Positions 17,601 to 28,700 are shown, counted from the first letter of the stretch. The stretch is DNA of 64,000 nt from a virus (IMGVR_UViG_3300049781_000059:1-64000); one strand, 5' to 3'. A program made the numbers and translations. Notes: generated by a model from the sequence alone, not told the origin.

Positions 17601-20600
17601 CTACATTCCGTAGGCCAGCGCCATGCGGTGCATGACACGGCGGGCCGTCGCGTCGGGGTCGCCGACCGCCGCCATGTTGAAGACGGGGGCGATCGTCACT
17701 GTCTGCGCGCCACTGCCGCTCCCAGAGGGTTCGGCGCCGATGATGCCCATCAGCCCGGACTGGGCGACGAGCTGCCGCGCCCGCTTGGGTTTCGTCAACG
17801 GGATGATCACCTCGGGTCCGGCCTCGCCGACGAGTGCGTGCGTGGGCCCCCACACCATGCCGCCCTCCGCGAACGGCAAGTACTTTTTCACGGCGTCGGG
17901 CAGCCCGCTCTTGATCGAGGACATGATCCGCCCGCCGATGTCCCCCAGAGCACCGATGATCTTCCCCGGGAGTCCCGTGAAGAGGCCGACAATCCCGGAG
18001 ATCAGACTGGACACGGCGCTCTGCACCCCTCCGACCGCGCTTGTGAAAGCACTGGAGATCTTCGATCCGACCGACGACAGCGCCGATCCGATCTTGCCGG
18101 GCAGTCCCGAGAAGAACGACACGACGGACGAGCCGAAGCTGCGCGCCGCGCCGAGCGCCTGCGTACCGGCCGACGTGACAACCGAGGTGATCTTTCCGGG
18201 CAGCGCCGAAATCGCGGACGCAGCCCGCCCGGGGAGCTGCTGGAAGAACGACGCCGCCGACGACAGGAACCCCGAGATTGCGGAGGTCGCCGTCGAGAAC
18301 GCCGAACTGAGGACGCCGAGCAGCGCCGCGCCCAGCGACTGCAGGGCCGACACGATCCGGCCGGGCAGCTCGGTGAAGATGAACACCACGGCCGCGATCG
18401 CCGTCAGCAACGCGATCGCGAGTCCGGCGATGGCTTGGACGAACAGATCGACGAGCAGGCCGGGCAGTGCCTGGAGGACGGCGAGGATCTGCCCTGGCAA
18501 GCCCGTGAAGAACGTGATCACCGTCGTGAACGCCGTCGTGATCCACGTGCCGATCGTCGTCACGAGCGTGGAGAAGAACACCGAGATCGTCGACCCCAGG
18601 CTCGACAGCGCCCCGACGATCATCGTCGGCAGGTTCGTGATGAACGTGACCGCGCCGGTCAGGAAGCCGAGCAGCCCGGACAGGACCCCCACCACGGCGG
18701 AGATCACCGGCACGACGGCCTGGATGATCAGCCACGACTCGAAGGCGATCGCCGCCTGGAGCAGCGGCGCGACGATCGAGAGGATCTGCCCGACGAGCGG
18801 CGCCAGGCTCGCCACGAACTCGGCGATCGGCGGGACCAGCGGCAGGATCGCGTCGACCAGCGCCAGGAACACCTGGATCAGCGACGGCAGGATCGGCAGC
18901 AGCGCGCCGATGATCTGGTTGATCAGCGGCAGGAACGCGTTGACGACCTGGATCGCCGCGTCCGCGAGCGCCGTCAGCAGCGGCGCCAGCCCGGTGATCA
19001 CGGACGCGAGCGCCCCACCGAGCGCGGCAGCGAGCGGCAGCAGAGCTTGAGCCACCCGCGCGAAGGCGTCCGCGAGGGGCGGCAGGACCGGCATCAGCGC
19101 GCCGACCAGGGCGGCGATGATCGGCTGGAACAGTGTGACCAGGTTTTGCAGGACCGGCGCGAGGACCGTCGCCAGCGACGCAACGAGCTGGCCGACGAGC
19201 GGCAGGATCGGCGCCAGCGCGGTGATCACTCCGCCGATCGCCTCACCGACCGGGCCCAAGCTGGGGCCGATGACGGCGAAAGCGTCGGCGAGGCCCTGCG
19301 CGACCGCGGACAGGCTCGGGGCGATCGCGGCCAGCGCCGGGCCCAGGGCGTTGACGACGCCGACGATCGCCGGGCCGATCGTCGTGAAGATCGGCATGAG
19401 GGCCGGGGCGATCGCGCCGACCTGCTGCACAAGCGCGGACAGGATCGGCCCGAGCTGCTGCGCGATCGTCCCGACCGTGCGGAAGATGTTGCCGATCGCG
19501 TCCTGGCCGGCGGCGGAGTTGACGAACTCGGCGAACTGGCCGGTGATCCGCTGCAGGTTCGCGAGGAGCCCGCCGCCGGACGCGTTCGCGGCCTGGAAGA
19601 CGCCGGAGAGGATCTGCCCGACGTTCGACGCGATCGCGCCGAGTTGCCGGAACACATCGAGCGCCCCGCGGACCTCCTCGACGGCCTGCCCGGACGCGGC
19701 GAGCGTCGACAGCCAGGTTCCGAACTCGGCGCCGATCTGGGCGATGCTCGCGCCGACCTGCGGGCCGAACGCCTCCAGGACGGCGGCGGCGATGTCGAGG
19801 AGACCGGCGGCGACCGGCACGATCGCCGCCTGCAACCCGGAGGCGGCCTGCGTCGTACCCTGAATGATCGTCCGCAGCGGCACGAGTGCCTGCTGTGACG
19901 CGGCGAACTTGAGGCCCTCGCTGGCTGCCTTGCCGAACTCGGCGGACAGCGCCGCCAGTTCCGTGCGCAGCGGTAGCAGGTTTCGCAGCGCCCCTTCGAC
20001 CTGCCCGGCGAATTGGGCAAAGAACGACTGCTGGATCGCCTGCTGAACGGCCTGGAGTTCGGGCGCCAGCTCCCGCACCGCGCGGACTGCGGTCTGCGCG
20101 GCCGGGGCGAGCTTGTCGAGCGCCTCCTGGAACTCCTCGGCGCTGCCCGTCAACGCCGCCGACAGAGCGTCGGATACGCCGAGGACGGCGAGCCGCAGCG
20201 TGTTGATGGCGACCTGCGCTCCGGCGACGGCAGCGGGCAGCGCGGCGACGATGCCGGCGGCGGGGGCCAGCGCAGCGACGAGCCCGCCGACCGCGGAGGC
20301 GGCGCTCGCCGCGGCGATCCCCACGGCGCCCAGTACGAGAAGCTGCTGCAGCGCCCCGGCGACACGGCCGGCGATGCCGCCGAGGCCGCCCAGCGCACGC
20401 GTCAGCCGGTCCGAGTCGACATCGACGTCCGCCCGGACCGTGACATCCGGCGGCCGGTAGCCGCGGATGCGCCGGTCGAGGTCGTCGAGGTCCGGGACAA
20501 CACGGATCGAAACCTCTTCGCCGGCGAGCGCCGCGCGGATCCGGTCGACGAAGCCGGTCAGGTCCGGGGCGACCGGCAGGTTGATCGAGCCGAGGCCGCG

Positions 20601-20849
20601 GAGCCCGTCGAGGACTTGGGCGTCGAACCGGGACAGGTCCGGGTCGACACGGACGGACACGGCGGCGGCGTCGAGGCCGCGTTGAATGTTCCGGCGGATC
20701 TGAGTGCCTGCGTCACGCGTCGCACGGTCCAGGGCGCGTTTGATGCGGAGGCCGACGTCACGGGCGTCAGCGACCGCATCACTGTCGTCGAGCGTGATCG
20801 TGATGCGCGCGGAGCCGTAGTCCTCGCTGTCACCGGCTGGGGTGGTCAC
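17601..20849 (-). CDS. tape measure protein
   Basis: 1082 aa Ala/Leu-rich helical repeats; C-terminal LPFAEGGMVWGPTHALVGEAGPEVIIPL. Confidence 0.95.
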   Translation of the reverse strand: MTTPAGDSEDYGSARITITLDDSDAVADARDVGLRIKRALDRATRDAGTQIRRNIQRGLDAAAVSVRVDPDLSRFDAQVLDGLRGLGSINLPVAPDLTGFVDRIRAALAGEEVSIRVVPDLDDLDRRIRGYRPPDVTVRADVDVDSDRLTRALGGLGGIAGRVAGALQQLLVLGAVGIAAASAASAVGGLVAALAPAAGIVAALPAAVAGAQVAINTLRLAVLGVSDALSAALTGSAEEFQEALDKLAPAAQTAVRAVRELAPELQAVQQAIQQSFFAQFAGQVEGALRNLLPLRTELAALSAEFGKAASEGLKFAASQQALVPLRTIIQGTTQAASGLQAAIVPVAAGLLDIAAAVLEAFGPQVGASIAQIGAEFGTWLSTLAASGQAVEEVRGALDVFRQLGAIASNVGQILSGVFQAANASGGGLLANLQRITGQFAEFVNSAAGQDAIGNIFRTVGTIAQQLGPILSALVQQVGAIAPALMPIFTTIGPAIVGVVNALGPALAAIAPSLSAVAQGLADAFAVIGPSLGPVGEAIGGVITALAPILPLVGQLVASLATVLAPVLQNLVTLFQPIIAALVGALMPVLPPLADAFARVAQALLPLAAALGGALASVITGLAPLLTALADAAIQVVNAFLPLINQIIGALLPILPSLIQVFLALVDAILPLVPPIAEFVASLAPLVGQILSIVAPLLQAAIAFESWLIIQAVVPVISAVVGVLSGLLGFLTGAVTFITNLPTMIVGALSSLGSTISVFFSTLVTTIGTWITTAFTTVITFFTGLPGQILAVLQALPGLLVDLFVQAIAGLAIALLTAIAAVVFIFTELPGRIVSALQSLGAALLGVLSSAFSTATSAISGFLSSAASFFQQLPGRAASAISALPGKITSVVTSAGTQALGAARSFGSSVVSFFSGLPGKIGSALSSVGSKISSAFTSAVGGVQSAVSSLISGIVGLFTGLPGKIIGALGDIGGRIMSSIKSGLPDAVKKYLPFAEGGMVWGPTHALVGEAGPEVIIPLTKPKRARQLVAQSGLMGIIGAEPSGSGSGAQTVTIAPVFNMAAVGDPDATARRVMHRMALAYGM

Positions 20850-20877
20850 CGGGCACCCTCACGAAGTCGTGAATGGT

Positions 20878-20910
20878 GCCCGGCCCAGAACCAGTCGGCG
20901 GCGGCAGCTA
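20878..20910 (-). promoter_or_regulatory. late-gene leader motif copy 5 (ACTGGTTCTGGGCCGGGC; weak -10 TAGCTG)
   Basis: 29 nt upstream of the TMP start. Confidence 0.65.
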
Positions 20911-20932
20911 CTGCGCTGTCGCGATCTCCAGA

Positions 20933-21304
20933 TTATCTGCTACGTGCGCTTCCGAGGCGTGCGTCCTCGTTGGCGACCTGGGACATGAGTGCCTGCGCGG
21001 CGGCAAGGTCAAGGCGCGGCTTGGCCTGCCGTGCCCGGCCCTCACTCGATCTGCTGCCGCGTGCGTGGGGTGGCGGCGCGTACAGTTTCGCCCTGTTGCG
21101 CTGCCGTGCGGTGTCGTCCTCGGCTGCCGCGTCCATGGCGGCTTCGGCCGCGTTCAGCAGACGTTTCAGCGTCCACGTGTGCGGGTCGACGCCTTGGAGG
21201 GCGAGACTCCCGTCGAACGCCTCCCAGCTTGCGGCGAGGCTGTCGCAGATCCGGAAGACGGCATAGTAGGGCGGTTCCCGCCCCCGAACAGTTCGACGAC
21301 CCAT
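20933..21304 (-). CDS. tail assembly chaperone, downstream (frameshift) ORF
   Basis: Overlaps upstream chaperone in the -1 frame, lacks a good own RBS, directly precedes TMP. Confidence 0.7.
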   Translation of the reverse strand: MGRRTVRGREPPYYAVFRICDSLAASWEAFDGSLALQGVDPHTWTLKRLLNAAEAAMDAAAEDDTARQRNRAKLYAPPPHARGSRSSEGRARQAKPRLDLAAAQALMSQVANEDARLGSARSR

Positions 21305-21702
21305 TCGAGGAGTTCGACGATCACGCGGCTCGGCAGTCGCAGCGCGTCGACGACGCGTGCGCCTTCGTGCTGGTCGGCGAAGGCGCCCGCCTCGTCGAAG
21401 TCCTGGAAGGAGTCGAGGATCTTGCCGCCTTGGACGACGTCGAGGCGGGTGAAGAACTCGGCGGACTCGGCGAGCATCTGCCGGGCGAGGAACACGCGCA
21501 CGGCGCGCATCGTCCGCCGCAGATCGTCCGTGTCGGCAGCGGTCAGGTTCTCCAGGTCGACGCCCTTCGCCTGCTGCGACTGACGCAGTTCGGCGTAGGC
21601 GTCCATGAAGTCGTCGCCGAACACCTCAGGCTCGAACAGGAGCTGGTGTTCGCCGATGGCGGCGACGTGGGGTTCTGTGTTGAGGGCGAACGTCTTCTGC
21701 AC
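21166..21702 (-). CDS. tail assembly chaperone
   Basis: Position before TMP; low-complexity tail after ELFGGGNRPT. Confidence 0.75.
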   Translation of the reverse strand: MQKTFALNTEPHVAAIGEHQLLFEPEVFGDDFMDAYAELRQSQQAKGVDLENLTAADTDDLRRTMRAVRVFLARQMLAESAEFFTRLDVVQGGKILDSFQDFDEAGAFADQHEGARVVDALRLPSRVIVELLEWVVELFGGGNRPTMPSSGSATASPQAGRRSTGVSPSKASTRTRGR

Positions 21703-21729
21703 AGGTCTGGTCCCTGTCTCCCGTTCCTC

Positions 21730-21764
21730 GCCCGGCCCACAACCAGCGGCTTGTACGTAGGGTA
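21730..21764 (-). promoter_or_regulatory. late-gene leader motif copy 6 (TACCCT-N11-GCTGGTTGTGGGCCGGGC)
   Basis: 28 nt upstream of the start at 21702. Confidence 0.8.
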
Positions 21765-21788
21765 TCTGGCTGGGCCGCTGACCCGGGT

Positions 21789-22166
21789 TCAGCGCCCGAG
21801 TCGCAGGGCGCGCTGCAGGAATGGGTTGGGCCGGGTGCCGGGGTGGCGGACGAGTCGGGTGAAGACGACGTCGCCGCCGACCTGGAAACGGAGGGCCTTC
21901 GCCCGGCGGGGACGGATGAGGTGGGGCCTCGTCCCGTCGATGACGAATCGGACGGCCGGGTGGTCGCAGGTGATGACACCCTGCAGCCCGCGTGGCCCTT
22001 CGGTCACCTGCCAGTCGATGTACTGGCCCATGCTCCCAGGCGCCTCATCCTGCGCGATCCTCGCGACGCGCTCAGTGCGCTGGCTCATCCGCCGGTGGGC
22101 GGCGCCTCCACGAGCGCGTAGCAGGCGTGCGATACGGCCCGGGTCCACGGTCACCTCGACGCTCAC
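21789..22166 (-). CDS. HK97 gp10-like tail completion / neck protein
   Basis: FVIDGTRPHLIRP...LRF...VRHPGTRPNPFLQRAL. Confidence 0.8.
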   Translation of the reverse strand: MSVEVTVDPGRIARLLRARGGAAHRRMSQRTERVARIAQDEAPGSMGQYIDWQVTEGPRGLQGVITCDHPAVRFVIDGTRPHLIRPRRAKALRFQVGGDVVFTRLVRHPGTRPNPFLQRALRLGR

Positions 22167-22747
22167 GGTGTCACTCCCTCTTCTGGGCACTTGCAGCCGG
22201 GCAGGGCGACGGTGACGCGCTGCTCCACGCCGACGCAGCCGCCTTCCGGGCCGAGGATGCGGGAGGGGCCGAGGACGAACTTCCGTCCCCGTCGGCTGGT
22301 GCTCGTCGCTGGGAGGCAGCACAGCAGCGCATTCGCGATGACCGCCGTGTCGATGTGGACGGTGCGGGCGGCTGCCGCCTGTTCGTCGCATGATGGCGGG
22401 CAGCCTCGGTCGTCCGGCAGTGGCGCGCACCGCAGCAGCGTGACCACGTATTCGACGGCGGTGACGGGTGGTGGGGTGCAGCCGCGCACGCCCTGCACCT
22501 CCGCGTCCTGCGCCGGGAAGGTGGACGAGGGGTACATGCGGGCGACGGACACCGACAGCTGGCCGCCGGTCTCCCCCGTACACGGGTCAGCGCACGAGTC
22601 CCAGGCAGGCAGGCCGGGTACGACGCACGCCCGGCAGGGGCAGCCAGGGTAGTCGTCGACCTCGGCGGCGGTTTCGTCGAGTGCAGCGCACACGCAGCCG
22701 AGGATGGCCTGGGCAAGGTCGTGTACGGCGAGGGCCTGCAACGCCAT
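22163..22747 (-). CDS. putative tail terminator / connector, Cys-rich
   Basis: Position between adaptor and gp10-like gene; CPCRACVVPG..AWDSC. Confidence 0.6.
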   Translation of the reverse strand: MALQALAVHDLAQAILGCVCAALDETAAEVDDYPGCPCRACVVPGLPAWDSCADPCTGETGGQLSVSVARMYPSSTFPAQDAEVQGVRGCTPPPVTAVEYVVTLLRCAPLPDDRGCPPSCDEQAAAARTVHIDTAVIANALLCCLPATSTSRRGRKFVLGPSRILGPEGGCVGVEQRVTVALPGCKCPEEGVTP

Positions 22748-22756
22748 GAGGGCTCC

Positions 22757-23566
22757 TTACGGCCAGATCTGCGAGCGGGGCCGCCGGTAGTCGGGGCTGA
22801 AGACGCGGCTGGGCGAGGTGAGCCGGTGGGGGTTCGCTGACATGAGCCATAGATCTACGCCGGGCAGGCCGGTGCGCATCTCGGTGTAGAGCAGCGTCGG
22901 GTCTGTGAACTCCTGGTCGACGCCTTGGCGGGAGAGGCGGGTGACGTTCGCGGGCATTTTGCAGCCGCAGGCGCCGCCGCCGTTGCACCCTTTGAGGAGG
23001 TGGCAGACGAGTTCGCTGTAGGCGGCGATCGCGGCGTCGTCCAACGGGAGCCCGATGCGGTAGTGCACGCCGAATGTGCCCGGCTCGCCCAAGGGAGCGT
23101 CGAGTTGCTGGCAGTCGGGCCAGCAGCCGCCGTCGGTACGCACCAGCAGCCCCGGTGAGTCGACGCGGTACGCGGTCTCGGGCAGGGTGACGCCGTCGAC
23201 TTCGACGCCGAGGATGTCGTACACAGGGCCTTCGAGACGGACCTCGCACAGCTCGGTGCAGGAGCAGTCCGAGGCGCAGCCGCACACGGATGCGTTACGC
23301 CACTGCCCGTCGGAGCCGATATAGGGAATCCACGGTGACCCGTTCGACCAGGACGAGGCGAGCGGCAGGCCGTCGAGGCATCGGCGGCGGCAGGGCCGCA
23401 CCGTGTACGGGCAGGAGGGGCCCCAGCGCCGGCCGGACAGGTTGAACAGGATCGTGGTGGCGACCCGCTTCCAGCGTTCCAGGACCGCGTCGTCGGCACC
23501 CTCGGCCGCGGGGCAACACGAAATATCGAGTGGCCAGGGCTCACAGAGGGGCCGTTGTAGGGCCAC
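22757..23566 (-). CDS. head-to-tail adaptor
   Basis: ATTILFNLSGRRWG..C..TVRPC, VTRLSRQGV, TGLPGVDLWL..NP resemble cluster-B-type adaptors. Confidence 0.7.
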   Translation of the reverse strand: MALQRPLCEPWPLDISCCPAAEGADDAVLERWKRVATTILFNLSGRRWGPSCPYTVRPCRRRCLDGLPLASSWSNGSPWIPYIGSDGQWRNASVCGCASDCSCTELCEVRLEGPVYDILGVEVDGVTLPETAYRVDSPGLLVRTDGGCWPDCQQLDAPLGEPGTFGVHYRIGLPLDDAAIAAYSELVCHLLKGCNGGGACGCKMPANVTRLSRQGVDQEFTDPTLLYTEMRTGLPGVDLWLMSANPHRLTSPSRVFSPDYRRPRSQIWP

Positions 23567-23597
23567 GACGTCTCCTAACGGCGGGCGGGGCGGGGGT

Positions 23598-23640
23598 GTG
23601 CGGTGGCCGGACGGGGAACGGGTCCGTGCGGCCACCGCAC
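23598..23640 (-). terminator. stem-loop after major tail gene
   Basis: GTGCGGTGGCCG / CGGCCACCGCAC 12-bp stem. Confidence 0.65.
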
Positions 23641-23667
23641 GATCAGGGGCGCTGACAGCCGGGGCTG

Positions 23668-24354
23668 TTACGGCACCGGGACGGGCACCGCCGCGTAGTC
23701 ACACGACGGGACCGGCGGCGGTGTGGTCGTGACGAATGTGCGGCGGTGGCAGGAGCTGTCGAGCGGAGTGAGCATCGGGCCCGGGGTGCCGGCGGCGTCG
23801 GTCGGCTGGACGTTGTAGGGGCCGACGCCCCAGGCACCTCCGGCGCGCGTCGAGCCGGTGATCTGAAGTGTCACCGCCTCCGATCCGATCTCCAGGTCGC
23901 CGAGGAGACCGTTCGTCACCCACGGCAGCAGGAAGTAGATCCACTGTCCTTCGGCGCCTTCGACGCACTCTTCGCCGAGGACTTCCGCCCACAGTTCCAG
24001 GGCGAAGCCGGTGTCGCAGCGGACGCTGCAGGTGTCGAAGCCGATGGGGTTGCCGTCGTAGCCGAGGACGACGGGGTTGCCGGTGAGGATTTCGATCAGC
24101 TCCGGGGACACGCTGTAGACGTTCATCTCCAGGTCGAAGCCTCGGAAGGTGGGGCATCCGCGCTTGAAGCCGCAGACCCTCCCATTCGCCGCCTTGTACT
24201 CGATGTCTTCGCCTTCGTCGCTGTTGTTGTTCATGGCGAGGCTGGCGAAGCAGTCGAAGACGAAGCCGTTGTCGACGCCGGGGATGGGGTTGCCGCACTG
24301 GTCGAGCCGGGTGACGCGCATGACGTCGGCGTTGGCTATCAGTGGACAGGACAT
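23668..24354 (-). CDS. major tail protein
   Basis: MRVTRLDQCG, KAANGRVC, GFALELWA, YFLLPWV resemble cluster-B-type tail tube proteins; own leader motif. Confidence 0.8.
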   Translation of the reverse strand: MSCPLIANADVMRVTRLDQCGNPIPGVDNGFVFDCFASLAMNNNSDEGEDIEYKAANGRVCGFKRGCPTFRGFDLEMNVYSVSPELIEILTGNPVVLGYDGNPIGFDTCSVRCDTGFALELWAEVLGEECVEGAEGQWIYFLLPWVTNGLLGDLEIGSEAVTLQITGSTRAGGAWGVGPYNVQPTDAAGTPGPMLTPLDSSCHRRTFVTTTPPPVPSCDYAAVPVPVP

Positions 24355-24380
24355 TGGCCGTAGCTCCTTTGCGTACAGGA

Positions 24381-24413
24381 GCCAGGCCCAAAACCATCGG
24401 CGTAATCAGTCTA
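24381..24413 (-). promoter_or_regulatory. late-gene leader motif copy 7 (TAGACT-N9-GATGGTTTTGGGCCTGGC)
   Basis: Degenerate copy 27 nt upstream of the major tail start. Confidence 0.7.
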
Positions 24414-24511
24414 GCTAGCGGGTGCCGCAACTGGCATGCCGCGTCCGGAGAGGGGCTGGGCGGCGTCTTCACCTTGGGCGTCGCTTGTCGGCACCGTGGC
24501 CTCCTTGACGC

Positions 24512-25636
24512 TCAGTCGGAGATCTTGTGGAGGGACAGTTCGTACTGGTACGGCTGGCTGACGCCGATGTTGTTCGGGATGCCGTTGTAGACCTGGTCGC
24601 CGGTGACGACGTCGCCGACGTTCAGGAGGATCCGCTTCGTGATCGTGTTCGACGTGGCCGTGGGGCCCATCACGAGTGTGGTGGTGCCGTTGATGTCCTG
24701 AGCGTCGTAACCCCACACCATCAGCTCCTGGACCTTGACCGGGGTCCCGTTGACGAGCATCCGGTGATCTGCGTCGATGCTGGCGCTGTGCGTGCCCGCG
24801 GCGGCTCCCGTGGTTTGTACGCCGATGCTGCCGGTCTGCTGGATCTCGTACACGCCGGCTTCCGTTGCGGTGAACGTCTGGACTCCGTCGGCCCACTGGG
24901 GTGAGAGGCGGGCGCCCACGTTGAAGGTGTCCGCCGGTCCTTCCGTCACGTCGATGTCGACGCTGCGGCCGGTGCCTACCGGCGCCGGGCCGCTCCCGGC
25001 CACTGGCGCCACCACAGTCGTGTCGGGCTCAGCGATCGAGTGGACCACGTATGGGTCGCTGGCCGTGCCGGTACCTGTCACGGTCGCTGTAGTGCCGTCG
25101 CCCTGAACGATGGTCGCCGTGCCGCCGCCGGAGCTGGTCGCGTATAGGCGGCCGTCGCTGCCGACGGTCAGCGCGTTACCCGCGTCCGCGGACGGGGCGA
25201 CGAGGAGGCCTGTGCCGGCCGCTTCCAGGCCGTTCGGTTCCGGCGCCACGATGACGTCCGCCGTGATCGGGCTGCCGCTCGTGCCGTCACCCGACAGGTT
25301 CACGGTTGGCGTGTCGTTGGCGACGATCGGTGCCACGCCCGCGGGGACACTGAGGACCGCAGCGGTGATCGGGTTGGCGGGCGTACCGTCGCCGGACAGG
25401 TCGACCGTCGGCGTGTCCTGCGTCGCTACCGCCGTCAGACCGCTCCCGCCGCCGCCCGTACCCGGAATCCATGCGGTCCCGTTCCAGACGAGCGTGTTAC
25501 CCGCTGCCGGCGGGGTCGTGCCAGTGTCGACGTCCCCCAGCGCGTTGATCGAGCAGCCGCCGAGCTGTGTACATGCGAACGTGCCGCCGCTGGCCGTACC
25601 CGAGCCACCGCAGCAACCCCAAGCTTTGGCCCCCAT
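24512..25636 (-). CDS. fibre-like structural protein
   Basis: LGDVD...GNTLVWNGTAWIPG fibre motif; repeated DTPTVxLSGDGT..PITA; C-terminal beta domain. Confidence 0.7.
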   Translation of the reverse strand: MGAKAWGCCGGSGTASGGTFACTQLGGCSINALGDVDTGTTPPAAGNTLVWNGTAWIPGTGGGGSGLTAVATQDTPTVDLSGDGTPANPITAAVLSVPAGVAPIVANDTPTVNLSGDGTSGSPITADVIVAPEPNGLEAAGTGLLVAPSADAGNALTVGSDGRLYATSSGGGTATIVQGDGTTATVTGTGTASDPYVVHSIAEPDTTVVAPVAGSGPAPVGTGRSVDIDVTEGPADTFNVGARLSPQWADGVQTFTATEAGVYEIQQTGSIGVQTTGAAAGTHSASIDADHRMLVNGTPVKVQELMVWGYDAQDINGTTTLVMGPTATSNTITKRILLNVGDVVTGDQVYNGIPNNIGVSQPYQYELSLHKISD

Positions 25637-25662
25637 GGGGCTACCTCCTTTGTCGTGGTCTT

Positions 25663-25698
25663 GGGTAGCGGCGCGGCCGACGAGCCGCGCCGCTACCC
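25663..25698 (-). terminator. stem-loop after giant modular gene
   Basis: GGGTAGCGGCGCGGC / GCCGCGCCGCTACCC perfect 15-bp stem. Confidence 0.7.
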
Positions 25699-25706
25699 AC
25701 AGCCCG

Positions 25707-28700
25707 TTACGCGCTGGCGCAGCTGCGCACGGTGCCGAGGGGCGTGTAGTCGTTGCCTTGCAGGTCGGTGTCCCTGGTCACGACCGTCCCGTCCAGGTCC
25801 TGCACCCAGCGGATGAACGTGCCCGCGTCATCGCAGAGGGTGATGGGCTGTTCCTGCTTGCACGGGATGATCCGGGTCCCGTCGGGCAACGTGTCGTGCC
25901 GGTTCTCGAACTGGTCCAGGTAGTAGACGTCCCCGGAGCAGCAGACCATCTTCGTCCAGCTGGCCTGCCCTGGGACGGCGTAGGTGAGGATGAAGTGCGC
26001 GATCACGCCCGCACCGTTGCTGGCGTCCGGCTGCGAGGCGTTCTCATTTACCTCGAAGTACAGGAAGTTCTCACCAGCGACGGCGCCCGTGAGGGGGACT
26101 GGGGCCTGCTTGTACGGTGTCGCCGTCGAGTAGAAGCCGCCGCCGTTCACCCAATCACCGTCGTTGATGCGGTAACGCACCGGCACTTGGTCGGCGTTCA
26201 ACGTGGTGATTTCCATCTTGACCGTGCTCAGGTCGGCGGCGGCCGGGATCGTGAACGACGACCGGGCCCACCAGTTCGATGGGTTCGCGATCTGCGGGCC
26301 CTCGCCCGGCAGGCCCGTGCTGACGACCATGGCACCCGCGTGGGGGGCTATCCATCCGGCCGTGGGCGAGTTGGGTTGGCCGTTGTTGCGGGTCGCAGAG
26401 TCCGCGGTCTGCCAGGCAGTGCCGGGGTACTTCTTGTTGTACATCGGGTACCAGGTGGTGACCGCAGACGGGTCGCTGCCTCCGCCCGAGGGTGCCCACG
26501 TGAAGGTGTCCGCCTCCGTCCCGTCGTCCCGCTTTTCCGGGTTGGACACGAACTGGACTTCGCCGGTCGCGCGCGGCGTGACGCAGATCTGTACCGGTTC
26601 GCAGCACGGCTCGGGTTGGCACAGTACGGCCGCGCCGCGTGGGGTGTAGCTGGTGGCCCCGTCCATCAGGGTGTCGATGACGGCCGTGACCGACCCGTCA
26701 CACCCGTGGCAGATGCGCCGCATGAATTGGCCCGGGGGCGTCATCTCGATGGCACCCAGCCACAGAGTGCGCTGTACCCCGCAGACGTCGTGCGTGGCCG
26801 TACCAAGCCAGTCCACGATGACCGATGTGGTGAGGCTGGTGGTGCGCAGCCGTGCGGCCCGCAGCCGGGTCGGGTTGGCCATGTCCGCGCAGATGTTCGC
26901 CTGGTCCTGCTGCGCCGTGACACACAACAGGCCGGTCACTGGGTCGAACGTGTATCCGCTGGGCAGCTCGACCGGTTCCACCGTGGTCGGAAGCTGGACG
27001 CAGTTGCCGGTGGCGCCCGGCGTGTCGTCGTAGGCCAGGTGGATGCTGAACTCGATCGTCACCGGGACGGACGCGCCGATGGTGTACGCAGTACCCACCG
27101 TGTTCGGCGCAGGCTCGCCGTTGCCCCACCACGCGCCGTCAGCGTTGGCGATCTTGCTCTGCACCGCCCCCGCCGGACCTGCCGCGTCCCCGCGCACGGT
27201 GTAGACCACGCCGTTGCTGAGTGTCTGTGTGGACGCGTTCAGGATACGGATGGTGGCCGGATCGTCCCCACCGTCGTCGCACAGGACGATCGTTTCGCAG
27301 TCGCTGCACGACGACGTGTCGGGGCACAGGCCGACCACGCCCGACGGGGTGTAGACGGCCGAGCCGTCGAGGGTGGTGTCCCGGACGGACGTCACCTCAC
27401 CGTCACAGTCCCGGCAGATGGTCCGCAGGAAAGGCACCGACGGCACCGTGCTGATCGAACCGGTCCACGATGTGCGGAACGAGCCCTGGAAGGCGTAACG
27501 GCCGCCGAGCCACGTTGTGGTGAACTCGGACACCGGCCCCAGAGTCCGGAAGCGCGGCGAGTGGGCCAGATCGGGGCTCGCCATGAGAGCCGTCTGTTGT
27601 GCCACCGTGAGGCCGTGGTCTGGGCCCACGGTGACGCGGGACGTGGCGGCGTCGAACGTCCAGCCGGGCGGCAGGAAGACCGGCGTGACGTTCGGCGGAA
27701 GCTGCATCGTGTTGGCGGTCGGACTGGACGCCTGGTAGATGAAGAACACACTGAACTCGGTGACGGTGGGACGAGCCAACGTGAACCGATACGGAAGAAC
27801 CTGTGTCAGCGGGAACGACTCGGGGTTGCCCCACCAGGCACCGTCGGTGTTGCTGATTTCCGACGTGACGGGCGAGCCGAACGAGGACGTAGCGCCACTG
27901 GTCGATGTCCATCCGATGCCGTTGGACATGGTGCCGCTGCTGACGTTCGCGCCGTAGATCGTGGCCTCGTCGTCGGACTGGCCGTCGCACAGGATCTGCG
28001 ACTCGCAGTCGCCGCAGTCTCTTGCCGTCGGGCAGTTGCCGACCGTGCCGAGTACCTGGTACGCCGTGACACCGTCCGGCAGGTAGTCGAGCGTGGTGTC
28101 CGGCAGTCCGTCGCAGCCGTAGGTGATGGCGCGCACGAACGGAACGACTGTGATCAGCGTGGACGTCACCGTCTCAGGACGCACGAGAAGGTCACGCGTG
28201 GTCCCGGCATTCGTTGTCCAGTCGGAGACGCGAATGGTGACCGTGCCGGACGACGGCGCCGTGAACGCGAGCGGCGCCCGGAATCCCAGCGGCCCACTCG
28301 CAGTACTGCCGTTGGACAGGTTCTCGATACGGCTGGCGATGACGGCACTACCGTCAAGGATCTCCAGCAGGTACATGGCCTCAGGCAGCGGCGTGACGCC
28401 CCCGCCGTTACCGTTCCACCCGGCCTGATAGTTGAACTCATACGGCTGGCCCGGCACCACACTGGACACGGTTCCCGTGGCCACACCGTTGACCGGCGTC
28501 TGCCCCTCGGAGAAGACGAGCGTGCCGCTGCTGTTGTAGACGCTGCCCGTCAGCGTGAAGCCGCCGCCCGGTGTGGGGATCGGTGGCTGCTGCGGCGGGA
28601 CCGTGTCGCACAGTTCGATCAGTTCCGTGTCGCCGCAGTCGGGCTCGGCCGGGCAGTCGATCGGGTTGGCCGGGATGTAGGGCTGCGTGAAGTCCCCGTC

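Noticed and set aside
17529-19898. 789-aa plus-strand ORF and other long ORFs over TMP, MCP and portal (e.g. 32480..34177, 29567..31288, 36255..37976)
   Set aside because: Shadow frames of well-supported minus-strand genes
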